Source: an uncultured Planctomycetota bacterium
GTDB lineage: Bacteria; Planctomycetota; Planctomycetia; Isosphaerales; Isosphaeraceae
Direction of reading: 5' to 3'
NCBI GenBank assembly: GCA_963737655.1
Contig: CAVTTN010000002.1
Span: 4,672,001-4,736,000 of the forward strand
Length of the DNA: 64,000 nucleotides
The position numbers and the translations under genes are program-made. Under the pieces are notes generated by a model. It did no database searches and had not been told where the DNA came from. It saw only the letters and a list, made by a program, of their open reading frames with translations. Numbering within the stretch: position 1 is the first letter of the stretch; the number at the start of each line of letters is the position of its first letter. Below, piece by piece: positions 15,697 to 25,581 of the stretch.

Positions 15697-17031
15697 TCAA
15701 CTCGCCGCGAGCGCCGCCCCGGGCTTCGGGGCGACCATCGCCGGGGCCTTTCCGTAGGTCAGCGTCCTCCAGAGCCATTCCATCGGGCCGAACCGGAAGA
15801 ACGACATCCAGATGTTACTGTAGACGACCTGGACGGCGTAGATCCCGAACGCGATCAGGACCCCCGCCGCCGGGCCGACCCTCGCGTAGTAGCCCAGGCC
15901 GTAGCCGTAGAAGAGGAACGAGGCGATCACCGATTGCATCAGGTAATTGGTCAACGGCATCCGGCCCACGCTCGCCAGCGGGGCGAACAGCGGCCGGAGC
16001 GCGGGGCGTCGCGAGAGCAAGACGATCGCGCAAACATAGAACGCCGCCAGGACCGGCCGGTTCAGGACGTAGAACATCCCGGAGAGCAGGCCGAGGACGG
16101 TCGGCGTCTCGCTCCCGTGGTCCTGGAGCAGCGAGAACGCCGCGAACGCCGGGGCGAGCACGAACCCGACGATTCCGGTCCACACCGCCGCCCGGCGGAT
16201 CGTCGGCAAATGGCGGTCGAGGTCCTGGAACAGCCGACGGCGCCCGGCGAGGAAGCCCAGGACCATCGTCGTCCCCAGGATCGGCCAGAACCACGCCTCG
16301 CCGTGTTCGAGGTAGCCCTCCCGCGTCTCCCGGAAACGTTCCTTCACCGCCAGGGGGTAGGAGCCCAGGCCCTCGACGTGCCTCGGGGGCGTCGGGGCCG
16401 TCTTCGTGAAGGGGGCCACGAAGTCGTCATACGAGCCTTTCCCAAAGACCCGCAACTGGTTCTCGGCGCGCTCGCGATAGTAGGACGGCGGATGCTCCCG
16501 GGGCTTCTTCTGGACGAACTTCCAGGTCTCGTAGCCCATCGGCAAGACGAGCAAGAGCACCGCGATCCCCCAGAGCCAGCGGTCCGACAGCTTGCGGACG
16601 AACAGCAGGGGCAGGCCGATCAACGCGTAGATGTGGAGGACGTCCCCGTTCCAGATCAAAAGGCAATGCGCCACGCCCATCGCCAGGAGGACCAGCAACC
16701 GGCGGACGTAGATCCCCGCGAACGGGGCGCCCTTGCCCTCGGCGCGCTCCAACTGGATCGCGAACCCCAGCCCGAACAGGAACGAGAACAGCGAGTTGAA
16801 CTTGCCCGAGCCGAAGAGGTCCACCAGGAACATGGCCAACTGGTCGCGTCGGTGGGGATAGAGGTCCTCCCCGGCCGCATAGAAGAAGAAGGGCATGAAG
16901 AAGCCCTGCAAGTTGATCACGCAGATCCCCAGGAGGGCGAACCCCCGGAGGATGTCGAGCGTCTCGATCCGCTCGCCCGGCTGGGTCGGCCCGAACGACG
17001 GCGGCCTCGGGTCGTCGGCTAATGTGGCCAT
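15697..17031 (-). CDS. DUF418 (YeiB-like) membrane protein
   Basis: RIETLDILRGFALLGI, KFNSLFSFLFG, GRMPLTNYLMQS, GPMEWLWR. Confidence 0.9.
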   Translation of the reverse strand: MATLADDPRPPSFGPTQPGERIETLDILRGFALLGICVINLQGFFMPFFFYAAGEDLYPHRRDQLAMFLVDLFGSGKFNSLFSFLFGLGFAIQLERAEGKGAPFAGIYVRRLLVLLAMGVAHCLLIWNGDVLHIYALIGLPLLFVRKLSDRWLWGIAVLLLVLPMGYETWKFVQKKPREHPPSYYRERAENQLRVFGKGSYDDFVAPFTKTAPTPPRHVEGLGSYPLAVKERFRETREGYLEHGEAWFWPILGTTMVLGFLAGRRRLFQDLDRHLPTIRRAAVWTGIVGFVLAPAFAAFSLLQDHGSETPTVLGLLSGMFYVLNRPVLAAFYVCAIVLLSRRPALRPLFAPLASVGRMPLTNYLMQSVIASFLFYGYGLGYYARVGPAAGVLIAFGIYAVQVVYSNIWMSFFRFGPMEWLWRTLTYGKAPAMVAPKPGAALAAS

Positions 17032-17119
17032 CGGCGCGCCTCCTGGCGCGGAAATTCGTTGTGAGGCGAGAGTTGATCAGGCAGAACACGTCGAAAACCC
17101 GGTCGATGCGACCCCTCGA

Positions 17120-17187
17120 GTAGGCCCGACTTCAGTCGGGCCTACGAAGCGCAATCCCCTGGTAGGCCCGACTGAAGTCGGACCTAC
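17120..17187. repeat. REP family A doublet
   Basis: GTAGGCCCGACTTCAGTCGGGCCTAC (17120-17145) and GTAGGCCCGACTGAAGTCGGACCTAC (17162-17187). Confidence 0.8.
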
Positions 17188-17248
17188 TCCATCCCTCGAC
17201 CTCCCCGGAGTCACGACAGAGTCCAACGAAAATTCGAAAGCCTCCCCG

Positions 17249-18817
17249 TCATCCGGATTTCTCGTCCCTGGAGAGCTTGTGCTCGATCGCATCGACGAGG
17301 GCGAGCCAGCTCGCGGCGATGATGTTCTCGCTGACGCCCACCGTGCCCCAGACCGAATCGGCGTCCTTGGACTCGATCACCACGCGGACCCTCGCCGCCG
17401 TGCCGGCCCGTTCGTTGATCACGCGGACCTTGTAATCGACGAGCTGCATCTCCCGGAGCCGGGGGAAGTGGGCGTCGAGGGCCTTTCGCAGGGCGCCGTC
17501 GAGGGCGTTGACCGGCCCGTCCCCCTCGCTGACGGTGTGCTCGACCGACTCGCCCACGCGGACCTTCACCGTGGCTTCGGTCAGGGGCGTGCCGTCGGGG
17601 CCTTCCTCGACGCTGACCCGGTAGCTCAGCCTCTCGAACCACGGCCGATAGCGGCCGGCGATCTTCTGGACGAGCAGGAGGAACGACGCCTCGGCCGCCT
17701 CGAACTGGTAGCCCTCGTTCTCCAGGTCCTGGACCCGGTCCAGGACGCGAGACAGGAGCGCCTGGTCCCCTTCCAGCCCGTATTCGCCGAGCTTCTCGGC
17801 CACGTTGGACTTGCCCGAGAGCTCGCTGACCAGCACCCGGCGCTCGTTGCCGACCAGGGTCGGGTCGATGTGCTCATAACTGCTGGCGATCTTGCGGACG
17901 CCGTGGACGTGCATCCCGCCCTTGTGGGCGAACGCGCTCGAACCGACGAACGGCTGGCCCGGCCGGAAGTTCATGTTGGCCGTCTCGTACACGTAGCGAG
18001 ACACCTCGGTCAACCGGGCGAGGCTGCCGGGCCTCAAGAGCTCGTAGCCGCGATACTTGATCGCGAGGTTGGCGATCGCCGAACCCAGGTCGACGTTGCC
18101 GCACCGCTCGCCGATGCCGTTGATCGTCCCCTGGACCTGCGAGGCGCCCCGGAGGACGGCCGCCAGCGTGTTGGCGACGGCCAGGTCGCCGTCGTTATGC
18201 GTGTGGATGCCGATCGGGACGTCCGAGATCGCGCGGACCGCGTCGACGGCCCTGGCGACCTCCTCGGGCAGGGCCCCGCCGTTGGTGTCGCAGAGGATCA
18301 GCCACCGGGCCCCGGAGTCGGCCGCCGCCTTCAGCGACTTCAGGGCGTAATCGGGATTGTGCTTGAAGCCGTCGAAGAAGTGCTCGGCATCGTAAACGAC
18401 CTCGGGGACGTTCGCGGCCAGGAACGCCACCGAATCGGCGATCATCTTGACGTTCTCTTCCAACGACACGCCCAGGACCTCGCGAGCATGGAGGTCCCAG
18501 CTCTTGCCGACGACCGTGATCACCTCGGTCCCGGCGGCGACCAGGGCCTTCATCCCGCCGTCGTCCTCGGCCGAGATGTCGCGACGGCGGGTCATCCCGA
18601 ACGCGGCGATCCTGGCGTGGGCGAGGTCCAGGTCGCGGACGGCCCGGAAATATTCCGCGTCCTTGGGGTTGGAGAGCGGATAGCCGCCCTCGACGTAATC
18701 GACCCCCAGCTCATCGAGGCGGACGGTGATCAGCAGCTTGTCCTGGAGCGAGAAGTTGACGCCCTCGCCCTGGCTGCCGTCTCGCAAGGTGGTGTCGTAG
18801 ATCGAGATGCGGGTCAT
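17249..18817 (-). CDS. cimA: Citramalate synthase
   Basis: YDTTLRDGSQGEG, YDAEHFFDG, HTHND, GERCGN, AHKGGMH, GDGPVNALD. Confidence 0.9.
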   Translation of the reverse strand: MTRISIYDTTLRDGSQGEGVNFSLQDKLLITVRLDELGVDYVEGGYPLSNPKDAEYFRAVRDLDLAHARIAAFGMTRRRDISAEDDGGMKALVAAGTEVITVVGKSWDLHAREVLGVSLEENVKMIADSVAFLAANVPEVVYDAEHFFDGFKHNPDYALKSLKAAADSGARWLILCDTNGGALPEEVARAVDAVRAISDVPIGIHTHNDGDLAVANTLAAVLRGASQVQGTINGIGERCGNVDLGSAIANLAIKYRGYELLRPGSLARLTEVSRYVYETANMNFRPGQPFVGSSAFAHKGGMHVHGVRKIASSYEHIDPTLVGNERRVLVSELSGKSNVAEKLGEYGLEGDQALLSRVLDRVQDLENEGYQFEAAEASFLLLVQKIAGRYRPWFERLSYRVSVEEGPDGTPLTEATVKVRVGESVEHTVSEGDGPVNALDGALRKALDAHFPRLREMQLVDYKVRVINERAGTAARVRVVIESKDADSVWGTVGVSENIIAASWLALVDAIEHKLSRDEKSG

Positions 18818-18932
18818 GAACAATGCGGCCCCGTCGTCCCCGGCTCGGAAGGTTCGCCTCGACGCCGCCCCGATCGTAGCAGAGGAAGCGCGGGCCTGAA
18901 CAGTCCGACGGACACGCCCGGGGCCGCCAGGT

Positions 18933-19912
18933 TCACGACCCGGCCGGAGATCGGCCGGGGCGACGACGGACCAGCCGGGACGCTCCCAGCCCGCCCAGGC
19001 CCAGCAAGACCCACGAGGAAGGCTCGGGCACGGCGTTCACCCCGGCCCGATACCGCATGGCCCCGTTGTAACTGAAGGTAAGCTTGTTGGAACCCCGAGC
19101 GAGCGTCGGGAACAGGGTCGCCGTGACCGTCACATCGCTCGTCAACGTGTGGACGCCATCGACATCCGAGACCAGTCCTGCGAATTCCTGGTCGATCACC
19201 GCGTCATTCAGGCCGAGCGACGGGTTGCTCTGGAAGCTGAAGACGGAAGAACCTGGATCGGCTGAGTCGGCCGTCCAGGAGAAGGACCAGAACGCCCCGG
19301 CGGCGTGGGTCGCCGGATCGGGCGTCAGGCTGGAGGTGAAGGTTCCCTGAATGCTCGCCTCGGCCTGAACCATGTGCGGGTCGGTCCCAAGGGCGGTCAA
19401 CTGCATGCCCTGCTCGAATTTCAGGGTGATCTCGACCTCCGGGAGCTTGCCGGGCGAGACGTGGAGGGTCTGGCGGGAGGACTCATCGACCCGGGACATC
19501 GAGCCGGCGTGCTCCCCGAAGATCGGCGTCAAGCCGGTGCGGGAGATCGCGGCGATCGTCCCGGCCGAGTCCCAGCGACCCGGCGCATTGTTGAGGACCG
19601 AGGCCGGGCTGGCGATCAACCCGATGCCGGGGTCGGTCGCGGAAGTCCTCGAGACCCCCGCTGCGATCGGCGCGGGCGAGCCGCCGGTATTGGGTGCTGT
19701 GGTCTGGACCCGGGCGCCTTCCCCATGTTGTCCGATGCCTCGGCCGTGAGGAGCAAGCGGCCGGTGGGCCCGACGACCGCATGGCCTCCCGGTCCCGTGA
19801 AGCTCGAGGAGACGCCGCCCCCAGAGCTGGCGATGTCGTAATCGGCTTTCGCGGGAGCGGGCAGGAAGGCTCCCAGGGCCAGGAGCAGGACCGGGGCGCG
19901 AGATCGCATCAT
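18933..19912 (-). CDS. PEP-CTERM sorting-domain surface protein; apparent frameshift near 19705
   Basis: Signal peptide MRSRAPVLLLALGAFLPAPAKA in one frame; C-terminal VPEPSSWVLLGLGGLG...RRR in another. Confidence 0.75.
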
Positions 19913-20179
19913 ATCTCCCCTTTCTGCGGCCTGGGACTCGCCCTCGACCCGGCCCGTCTTCCGACGAGGGGACCGGACCGGCGGACTCGCCGGCCAGGGC
20001 CCTTGCCGTTCGGGCGTCGGGCGAGCGAGAATCGGTCCCCCGAGCTTCATCCTCGGGGACACTCCGCGACGCTCGACTCGGGCGTCTCGGCTTCGCTTCG
20101 CCGACTATCGCCGTTGGAGCGGCCGAATTCAAGTGTCTTTTGAATTCTTAGTTCTTTCCAACCCTCGCCGATCACCGCG

Positions 20180-20863
20180 GTGACCTCGATGGCCACATCC
20201 TCGCCAGAAATCCCGATGCTCCTGGCCGCGGTCCGGCGGGAGGCCGCCCGCGCCGAGTTCCCGATCGACCGGCCCGTTTATGAGAAGGCGGGGAAAGACC
20301 CGCTCGACCCGATCCTCTTCGGCGGGTCGCTCGAGGCCCCCGTGGCCGTCCTCGGCCGGGACCTGGGCAAGGACGAGGTCGCCCACGGCCAGCCGTTGAT
20401 CGGCGCGGGAGGGCGGCTGGTCCGCCAGGGGTTGTTGAAGGCTCGAGGACTTTCGCCTTCGAAGGCCGAAGACCCGTGGCTCGAATCGGCCTTGAAATTC
20501 GCCTTGCTGACCAACACGGTGCCGTTCAAGCCGCCGGGGAACAAGGCGTATCCCGATCGCGTGAAGGAGCGGTTCCGCCCGTTCGTGGCCGAGCTGCTGG
20601 TGGGCTTCTGGACGGGAGATCGCGTCCTGACCCTCGGCACCGAGGCCTTCCAGTGGTTCGCCCGATACGCCGATCCGGGAGCCTCCGAGGCATTCTGGGC
20701 GAGGGAAGATCGCTACGAGGCCGATTTCCCGTGCACGGTCGTGGCCGGTGCGCAGAGCAAGCCCGTGATCGTGGCCCCCCTGCCCCATCCGTCGCCCTTG
20801 AACCAGCGATGGTACGCGAAATTCCCGGACCTCCTGGCGGCCCGGCTGGCAAATTCGGCCTGA
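20180..20863 (+). CDS. Uracil-DNA glycosylase superfamily protein
   Basis: GRDLGKDE...GQPLIGAGG, LTNTVPFKPPGN, LPHPSP. Confidence 0.8.
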   Translation: MTSMATSSPEIPMLLAAVRREAARAEFPIDRPVYEKAGKDPLDPILFGGSLEAPVAVLGRDLGKDEVAHGQPLIGAGGRLVRQGLLKARGLSPSKAEDPWLESALKFALLTNTVPFKPPGNKAYPDRVKERFRPFVAELLVGFWTGDRVLTLGTEAFQWFARYADPGASEAFWAREDRYEADFPCTVVAGAQSKPVIVAPLPHPSPLNQRWYAKFPDLLAARLANSA

Positions 20864-20974
20864 ACGGACCGCGGCGAGGATTTCGCCGAGAACGAGGTTC
20901 TTCGGGGTTGCCGAACCGTTGGGTGGACGGTACGTTATGAGCACGAGGGGCTCTCGTTTTCCCGGGAGGTCGAA

Positions 20975-21397
20975 GTGCGTAAAGTCCAGATGGTCACCGA
21001 CCGTGAGCTGGAAATCTTGAAGGTGCTCTGGGTTCGGGGCAAGGCGAGCGTCCGGGAGGTCCAGGAGGACCTGGTCAAGTCGGCCGGCCCGGTCGCCTAT
21101 AGCACGGTGCAGACCCTCCTGAACATCATGGAAGAGAAGAAGGGGCTGGTCCGCCACGTCGTCGAGGGTCGGACGTTCATCTACGTCCCCAAGAAGAGCC
21201 CGGATCGCACGATCCGCGAGCTGACCCAGAGGTTCGTCGATCGGGTCTTCGACGGGGCGTTGGACCGGGTGATGGTCGCCCTGCTCGACACCAAGAGCCC
21301 CAGCCCGGAGGAGTTCGAGAAACTCCGGGCGATGATCGACGAGGCCCAGCGCCAGACCGAGGCCGGAGGCGCGACCGCCCCGGCGACGCCGGAATAA
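20975..21397 (+). CDS. BlaI/MecI/CopY family repressor
   Basis: TDRELEILKVLW...SVREV...AYSTVQTLL. Confidence 0.9.
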   Translation: MRKVQMVTDRELEILKVLWVRGKASVREVQEDLVKSAGPVAYSTVQTLLNIMEEKKGLVRHVVEGRTFIYVPKKSPDRTIRELTQRFVDRVFDGALDRVMVALLDTKSPSPEEFEKLRAMIDEAQRQTEAGGATAPATPE

Positions 21398-21521
21398 TTC
21401 CGATCGATCCGATCGGCCGGACGGGCTTCCTCAGGGCCCGCCCGGCCCGACGGTTCGCCCCAGGCACGTCCGCCCCCTCCTTCGAGGGGATGGGCCGTCG
21501 TCGGCGGGAGGCGTTCGGCCC

Positions 21522-22943
21522 ATGGGCGGAGTGGTCGATCGGCTCGGGATGCTCCTGCTCGACGGGGCGGTCGCGACGACCCTCCTGGTCGGCCTCGTCG
21601 CGCTCGGGATGATCGCCTGCGGCCAGCCGGCCCGCCGCCTGTTCCTCGCCCGGGGGGCGATCCTCGCCTCGCTGGCCGTCGTGCCGTTGGCCGCCTTCGC
21701 GCCGATCCCCCGCTTCCCCCTGGCCGAGCCGATGTTCGCCCTCGCCCCTCCGGCCGAGGCCGGGCGCGGGGCCGACGAGCCTCGCCCCCCGAGACCCGGG
21801 CCGCTCCGCCCGCGGTGGACTCGCGGGCTGGTGCTGACGAGCCTGATCGGGACGACCTCGGGCCTGATCTGGCTGGCCCTCGGCTGGCTCGGGACGGTCC
21901 GGCTCGTGGCGGGCACCGTCGAGGCGTCCCCGGAGAGCCTGGCGGTCTTCGACGCCCTGCCGTTTCGAGGCCCGGCCCGCCGACCTCGGCTCCGGGTGAC
22001 CCCTCGGCTGGCCCGGCCGGTCTTGCTCGGGTTCGTTCGCCCAATCATCCTGATCCCGACGGATCTGGACCAGCCCGACGCCTCCGGGCCTCTCCGCCTC
22101 GGCCTCCTCCACGAGCTGGCCCATGCCGGCAGGCTCGACCCCCTGTTCGCCACGATGGGCGCGCTGGCCCAGGCCCTCTGGTTCTTCGTCCCTCCGGTCT
22201 GGTGGGTCCGAAGGCAGATGAGGCTCGACGCCGAATTCCTGGCCGATCGGCTGGCCACCGACGGTTTCGGCCCGGCGGTCTCCTATGCCTCCGGACTCGT
22301 CGGGATGGCCGCCCCCGACGGGGTCGCGAACCCCGCCCCAACGCTCCTTCCGGGCCCGCCTTCTGCCGGCTCGGCGCTGTTCCAGCGGGTCTTGATGCTC
22401 GTCCGGTGCCCGTTCCCGGTCGAACCTCGACCGCCCTGGGCCTGGCGGCTCCTGATGGTTCCGATCCTCACCGGAGGAACGGTCCTGGCCTCTGGGATCA
22501 CGCTTCGAGGGATCGCGACGTCCTTTCACCAATGCTTCGGCGGCGGTCCGAGACACGATCACGGCCGGTTCACGATCGCCAGGCTCTCGCTCCACCCGCC
22601 CCAGCCCGGCCCCGATGGCCAGGTCCGCCCGTTCACGCTGGTCCCCCACCTTCCGGATCGGTTCGAGCTCACGGTGAACGTCTGGGCCGCCCGGGCCGAC
22701 CTGCCCCAGATCGCCCTGGCCGGTCGATGGCTCGGCCCGGCCGAGGTCGAACCCGAGGACGCCGCCGGGGAGGAGTCGTTCCACGAGGTCCGGCTCGTCC
22801 GAGAGGGCGCCGGCCTGGCCCTCTGGGTCGATGGACGCCTCGTCCCTCCGGGGCCTCGCGACCTCCCGCCGACCCCGTTCCTGACCGTCCAGTCGGCCCC
22901 TCCTCACTCGGTCCGGCTCCGCGATCTCACGCTGGTCTGGTGA
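21522..22943 (+). CDS. M56 (BlaR1-like) membrane metallopeptidase
   Basis: LLHELAH, WFFVPPVWW, EFLAD; follows blaI-like gene. Confidence 0.85.
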   Translation: MGGVVDRLGMLLLDGAVATTLLVGLVALGMIACGQPARRLFLARGAILASLAVVPLAAFAPIPRFPLAEPMFALAPPAEAGRGADEPRPPRPGPLRPRWTRGLVLTSLIGTTSGLIWLALGWLGTVRLVAGTVEASPESLAVFDALPFRGPARRPRLRVTPRLARPVLLGFVRPIILIPTDLDQPDASGPLRLGLLHELAHAGRLDPLFATMGALAQALWFFVPPVWWVRRQMRLDAEFLADRLATDGFGPAVSYASGLVGMAAPDGVANPAPTLLPGPPSAGSALFQRVLMLVRCPFPVEPRPPWAWRLLMVPILTGGTVLASGITLRGIATSFHQCFGGGPRHDHGRFTIARLSLHPPQPGPDGQVRPFTLVPHLPDRFELTVNVWAARADLPQIALAGRWLGPAEVEPEDAAGEESFHEVRLVREGAGLALWVDGRLVPPGPRDLPPTPFLTVQSAPPHSVRLRDLTLVW

Positions 22944-23060
22944 TCGAGCCGCGCCGACTCGGCCGGGAATCGCGGTTGACGGTTCCGGCCCCGGCGGCGA
23001 TAACGCGGCCCGATCTCGGGAGCGCGCCGCGACCCGTCCGGCCCGGGAGGCCGCCTCGCC

Positions 23061-24620
23061 ATGACGCCCGCCGATCCCTCCTCGTCCTCGACCCGACCGG
23101 CCTCCACCCGCCCGAGCCGGGGGCTGCGACGAGTCCCCGTCAGGGCCGAGCCCGGCGGCCGGGCCCTCGATGCGCTGGGCCTCGGGCTGGTCCTCGTCGG
23201 CCTCGCCCTGTGCCTCCGGGCCACGTCCCGATTCGGGCTCGCCCCTTCGATCGGCCTGATCCTGCCGGGGCTTCGGCTCGTCGGCTCGAAGCCCTATCGA
23301 ACTCGGGCTCTCGCATTCCTCGGCAGGAGGCTCGCCGAGGTCTCGGCCTTCGCGAACGGGGGCGGCCCGGTGCCGTGGCTGGCGGCGGTCGTGTTCGTGG
23401 CCATCCCGTTCTTCCTGATCGACGCGTCCAACGGCCGGACCCTCGGCGCCGTCGATACCAAGCCCGTGATGATGACCGCCGCGAGCCTGGTCCGCGACGG
23501 CGACCTCGACGTCTCCGAATTCGGCCGGGACGGGCGATCCAGCCTCCTCCTGGACCGCATCGGCCGGCTCTTACCCTGCTTCCAGAGAACCGGTTCGGGC
23601 ATCTACTCGGCGTTCCCGCCGGGGATGCTGCCGTTCGCGGCGCCGGTGGCCGGGCTCGCCCGGCTCGTGGGGACGGACCTCGATTCCCGGCTCGTCCTGA
23701 TCCGGCTGGAAAAGGTCGCGGCGTCGGCGACCGGCGGGCTGGTCGTGGCCCTGTTCTTCCTGAACGCCCTGTGCCTGGGGCCCCCCCGGGCGGCGGCGGT
23801 GGCGACCGCGTTGCTCGCCTCGGGATCGGCGATCTTCACGACGGTCGGCCTGGGGATGTGGCAACACGGCGGGGTCTCGGCGTGGCTGCTCGCGGCCCTC
23901 CTGGTCGAGCTCAAGACGCGAGGGACGCCGACCCCTCGCGGGGTGATCGCCCAGGGGATCGCCTGCGGGATGCTCCTGACCTGCCGGCCGACGGCGGCCG
24001 TCCTGGTCGTCGGGTTCGGCCTGTGGGTCCTGCTCCGAAGCCCCAAACGGGCCGTGGCGATGGCGAGCGTCGCCGTGGTGGCGTATCTCCCGTGCGAGGC
24101 GCTCTATCTGAGCGTCTACCGCAACCCGCTTGGCCCGGCGACGATCGCCATGAACGCGTCGGGGCCATTCTGGAACTTCGGCCGGCTCGAAACGCTCGCC
24201 GGGGTGTTGGTCTGCCCGGCCCGGGGGCTGTTCGTGTATCAACCCTGGGCGGTCCTCGCGGTGGCGGCCGTCTTCCTCCGCAAGCCGAACGCACCGAATG
24301 GGTTCCGGGCGTTCGTTCTGGGCGTCTCGGCGGTCCACATCGCCTTGATCGCCGCGTGGCACGACTGGTCGGGCGGCTATTGCTGGGGTTCGCGACTGCT
24401 CACGGAGATCGTCCCTCTTCTCGGCTTGCTCGCCGTCGGGCCGATCGGCGGGATGCTCCCATCGCGATGGGGGCGGGCCGCCCTGGTGATTCTGGGCCTG
24501 CTCGGCGCGGCGGTCCACCTGCCGTGTGCCTATCTCGACGCCAACCGATGGAATTATGTGACGGACCACGACCGCGATTTGTGGTCGTGGAGCCGCGCCC
24601 CCTTTCTTTATCGGAAGTGA
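23061..24620 (+). CDS. Polytopic membrane protein, possibly GT-C glycosyltransferase-like
   Basis: More than 10 hydrophobic segments; RGLFVYQPW and WSGGYCWGSRLL motifs. Confidence 0.6.
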   Translation: MTPADPSSSSTRPASTRPSRGLRRVPVRAEPGGRALDALGLGLVLVGLALCLRATSRFGLAPSIGLILPGLRLVGSKPYRTRALAFLGRRLAEVSAFANGGGPVPWLAAVVFVAIPFFLIDASNGRTLGAVDTKPVMMTAASLVRDGDLDVSEFGRDGRSSLLLDRIGRLLPCFQRTGSGIYSAFPPGMLPFAAPVAGLARLVGTDLDSRLVLIRLEKVAASATGGLVVALFFLNALCLGPPRAAAVATALLASGSAIFTTVGLGMWQHGGVSAWLLAALLVELKTRGTPTPRGVIAQGIACGMLLTCRPTAAVLVVGFGLWVLLRSPKRAVAMASVAVVAYLPCEALYLSVYRNPLGPATIAMNASGPFWNFGRLETLAGVLVCPARGLFVYQPWAVLAVAAVFLRKPNAPNGFRAFVLGVSAVHIALIAAWHDWSGGYCWGSRLLTEIVPLLGLLAVGPIGGMLPSRWGRAALVILGLLGAAVHLPCAYLDANRWNYVTDHDRDLWSWSRAPFLYRK

Positions 24621-24722
24621 GGCGAATCTGCGCGAGGACCGGTCCATCCCGGTCGTCCAAGAAAGGGACTCTTCGGACGAATCCCCCCTGAATCGCACCC
24701 TTGGACCCGGAGGACCACGACC

Positions 24723-25415
24723 ATGAACCGCATCCGGACGATGATGCTCGCCTCGGCGGCTCTCGGGCTGATCGGCCCGGCGGCGCGGGCCCAGTTCGGC
24801 GGAGGGGCTCCGAATCCCGGCGGTATTGGCCGCTATCAAATGCACATCTCGGCAGACAATCGCATCTTCGTGATCGACTCCGTCACCGGGCAATGCTGGA
24901 GCAAGCAGCTCACCGGCTCCTGGGAAAACCTGGGCAGCCCGGCGGCGGCGAAGGCCGCTCCGGCCAATCCGGCGCCCGCTCCCGGAGCGGCCGAGGCCCC
25001 GAAGCCGGGCGGAGAGAGCGTCAACGGCCAGGCCGTGACGACCGGCAATCCCCAGTTCACCCTCACCTGGGACACCAAGACCGACCTGGACCTCCACGTG
25101 ATCGAGCCGGGCGGCAAGGAGGTCTACTGGGAGCAGCGCAACGGCGGCAAGGGCGGCTCGATGGACGTCGATGACGTGGACGGATTCGGGCCCGAGAACA
25201 TTTTCTGGCCGGAGGGGCCTCCGGGCACCTACAAGTGGTTCGTCCAGTATTACGGAGGGTTCGGCGCGAGGAACGTCCCAACTCGCTGGAAAGTCCGAAT
25301 CCGCCAGAACGGGCGGGAGTCGGTGGTCGAGGGGACCCTGGAGCAGCTCGGCCAGAGGAGCCGGACGGCCTCGGTCGAATTCGCCCCCGAGAAGCCGGCC
25401 CCGGCGGCGAGATGA
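24723..25415 (+). CDS. Secreted YfaP/DUF2135-like protein
   Basis: Signal peptide; LTWDTKTDLDLHVIEP...DDVDGFGPENIF. Confidence 0.75.
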   Translation: MNRIRTMMLASAALGLIGPAARAQFGGGAPNPGGIGRYQMHISADNRIFVIDSVTGQCWSKQLTGSWENLGSPAAAKAAPANPAPAPGAAEAPKPGGESVNGQAVTTGNPQFTLTWDTKTDLDLHVIEPGGKEVYWEQRNGGKGGSMDVDDVDGFGPENIFWPEGPPGTYKWFVQYYGGFGARNVPTRWKVRIRQNGRESVVEGTLEQLGQRSRTASVEFAPEKPAPAAR

Positions 25416-25581
25416 TCGCGAAGACCGGCCCGGAGGCCGATTCGCCCGAAGTTCGTCTCCGCGAAATTGATCCGTTCGGATAACCTACCCCGATCCCGGT
25501 CCTCCTCGGCATGCGTTTCGCAACGATGGGTGGCCGGGCCCCGGCCGCCCGAGCCGGCCGGGATCGGGGAGGGTCCGTCTC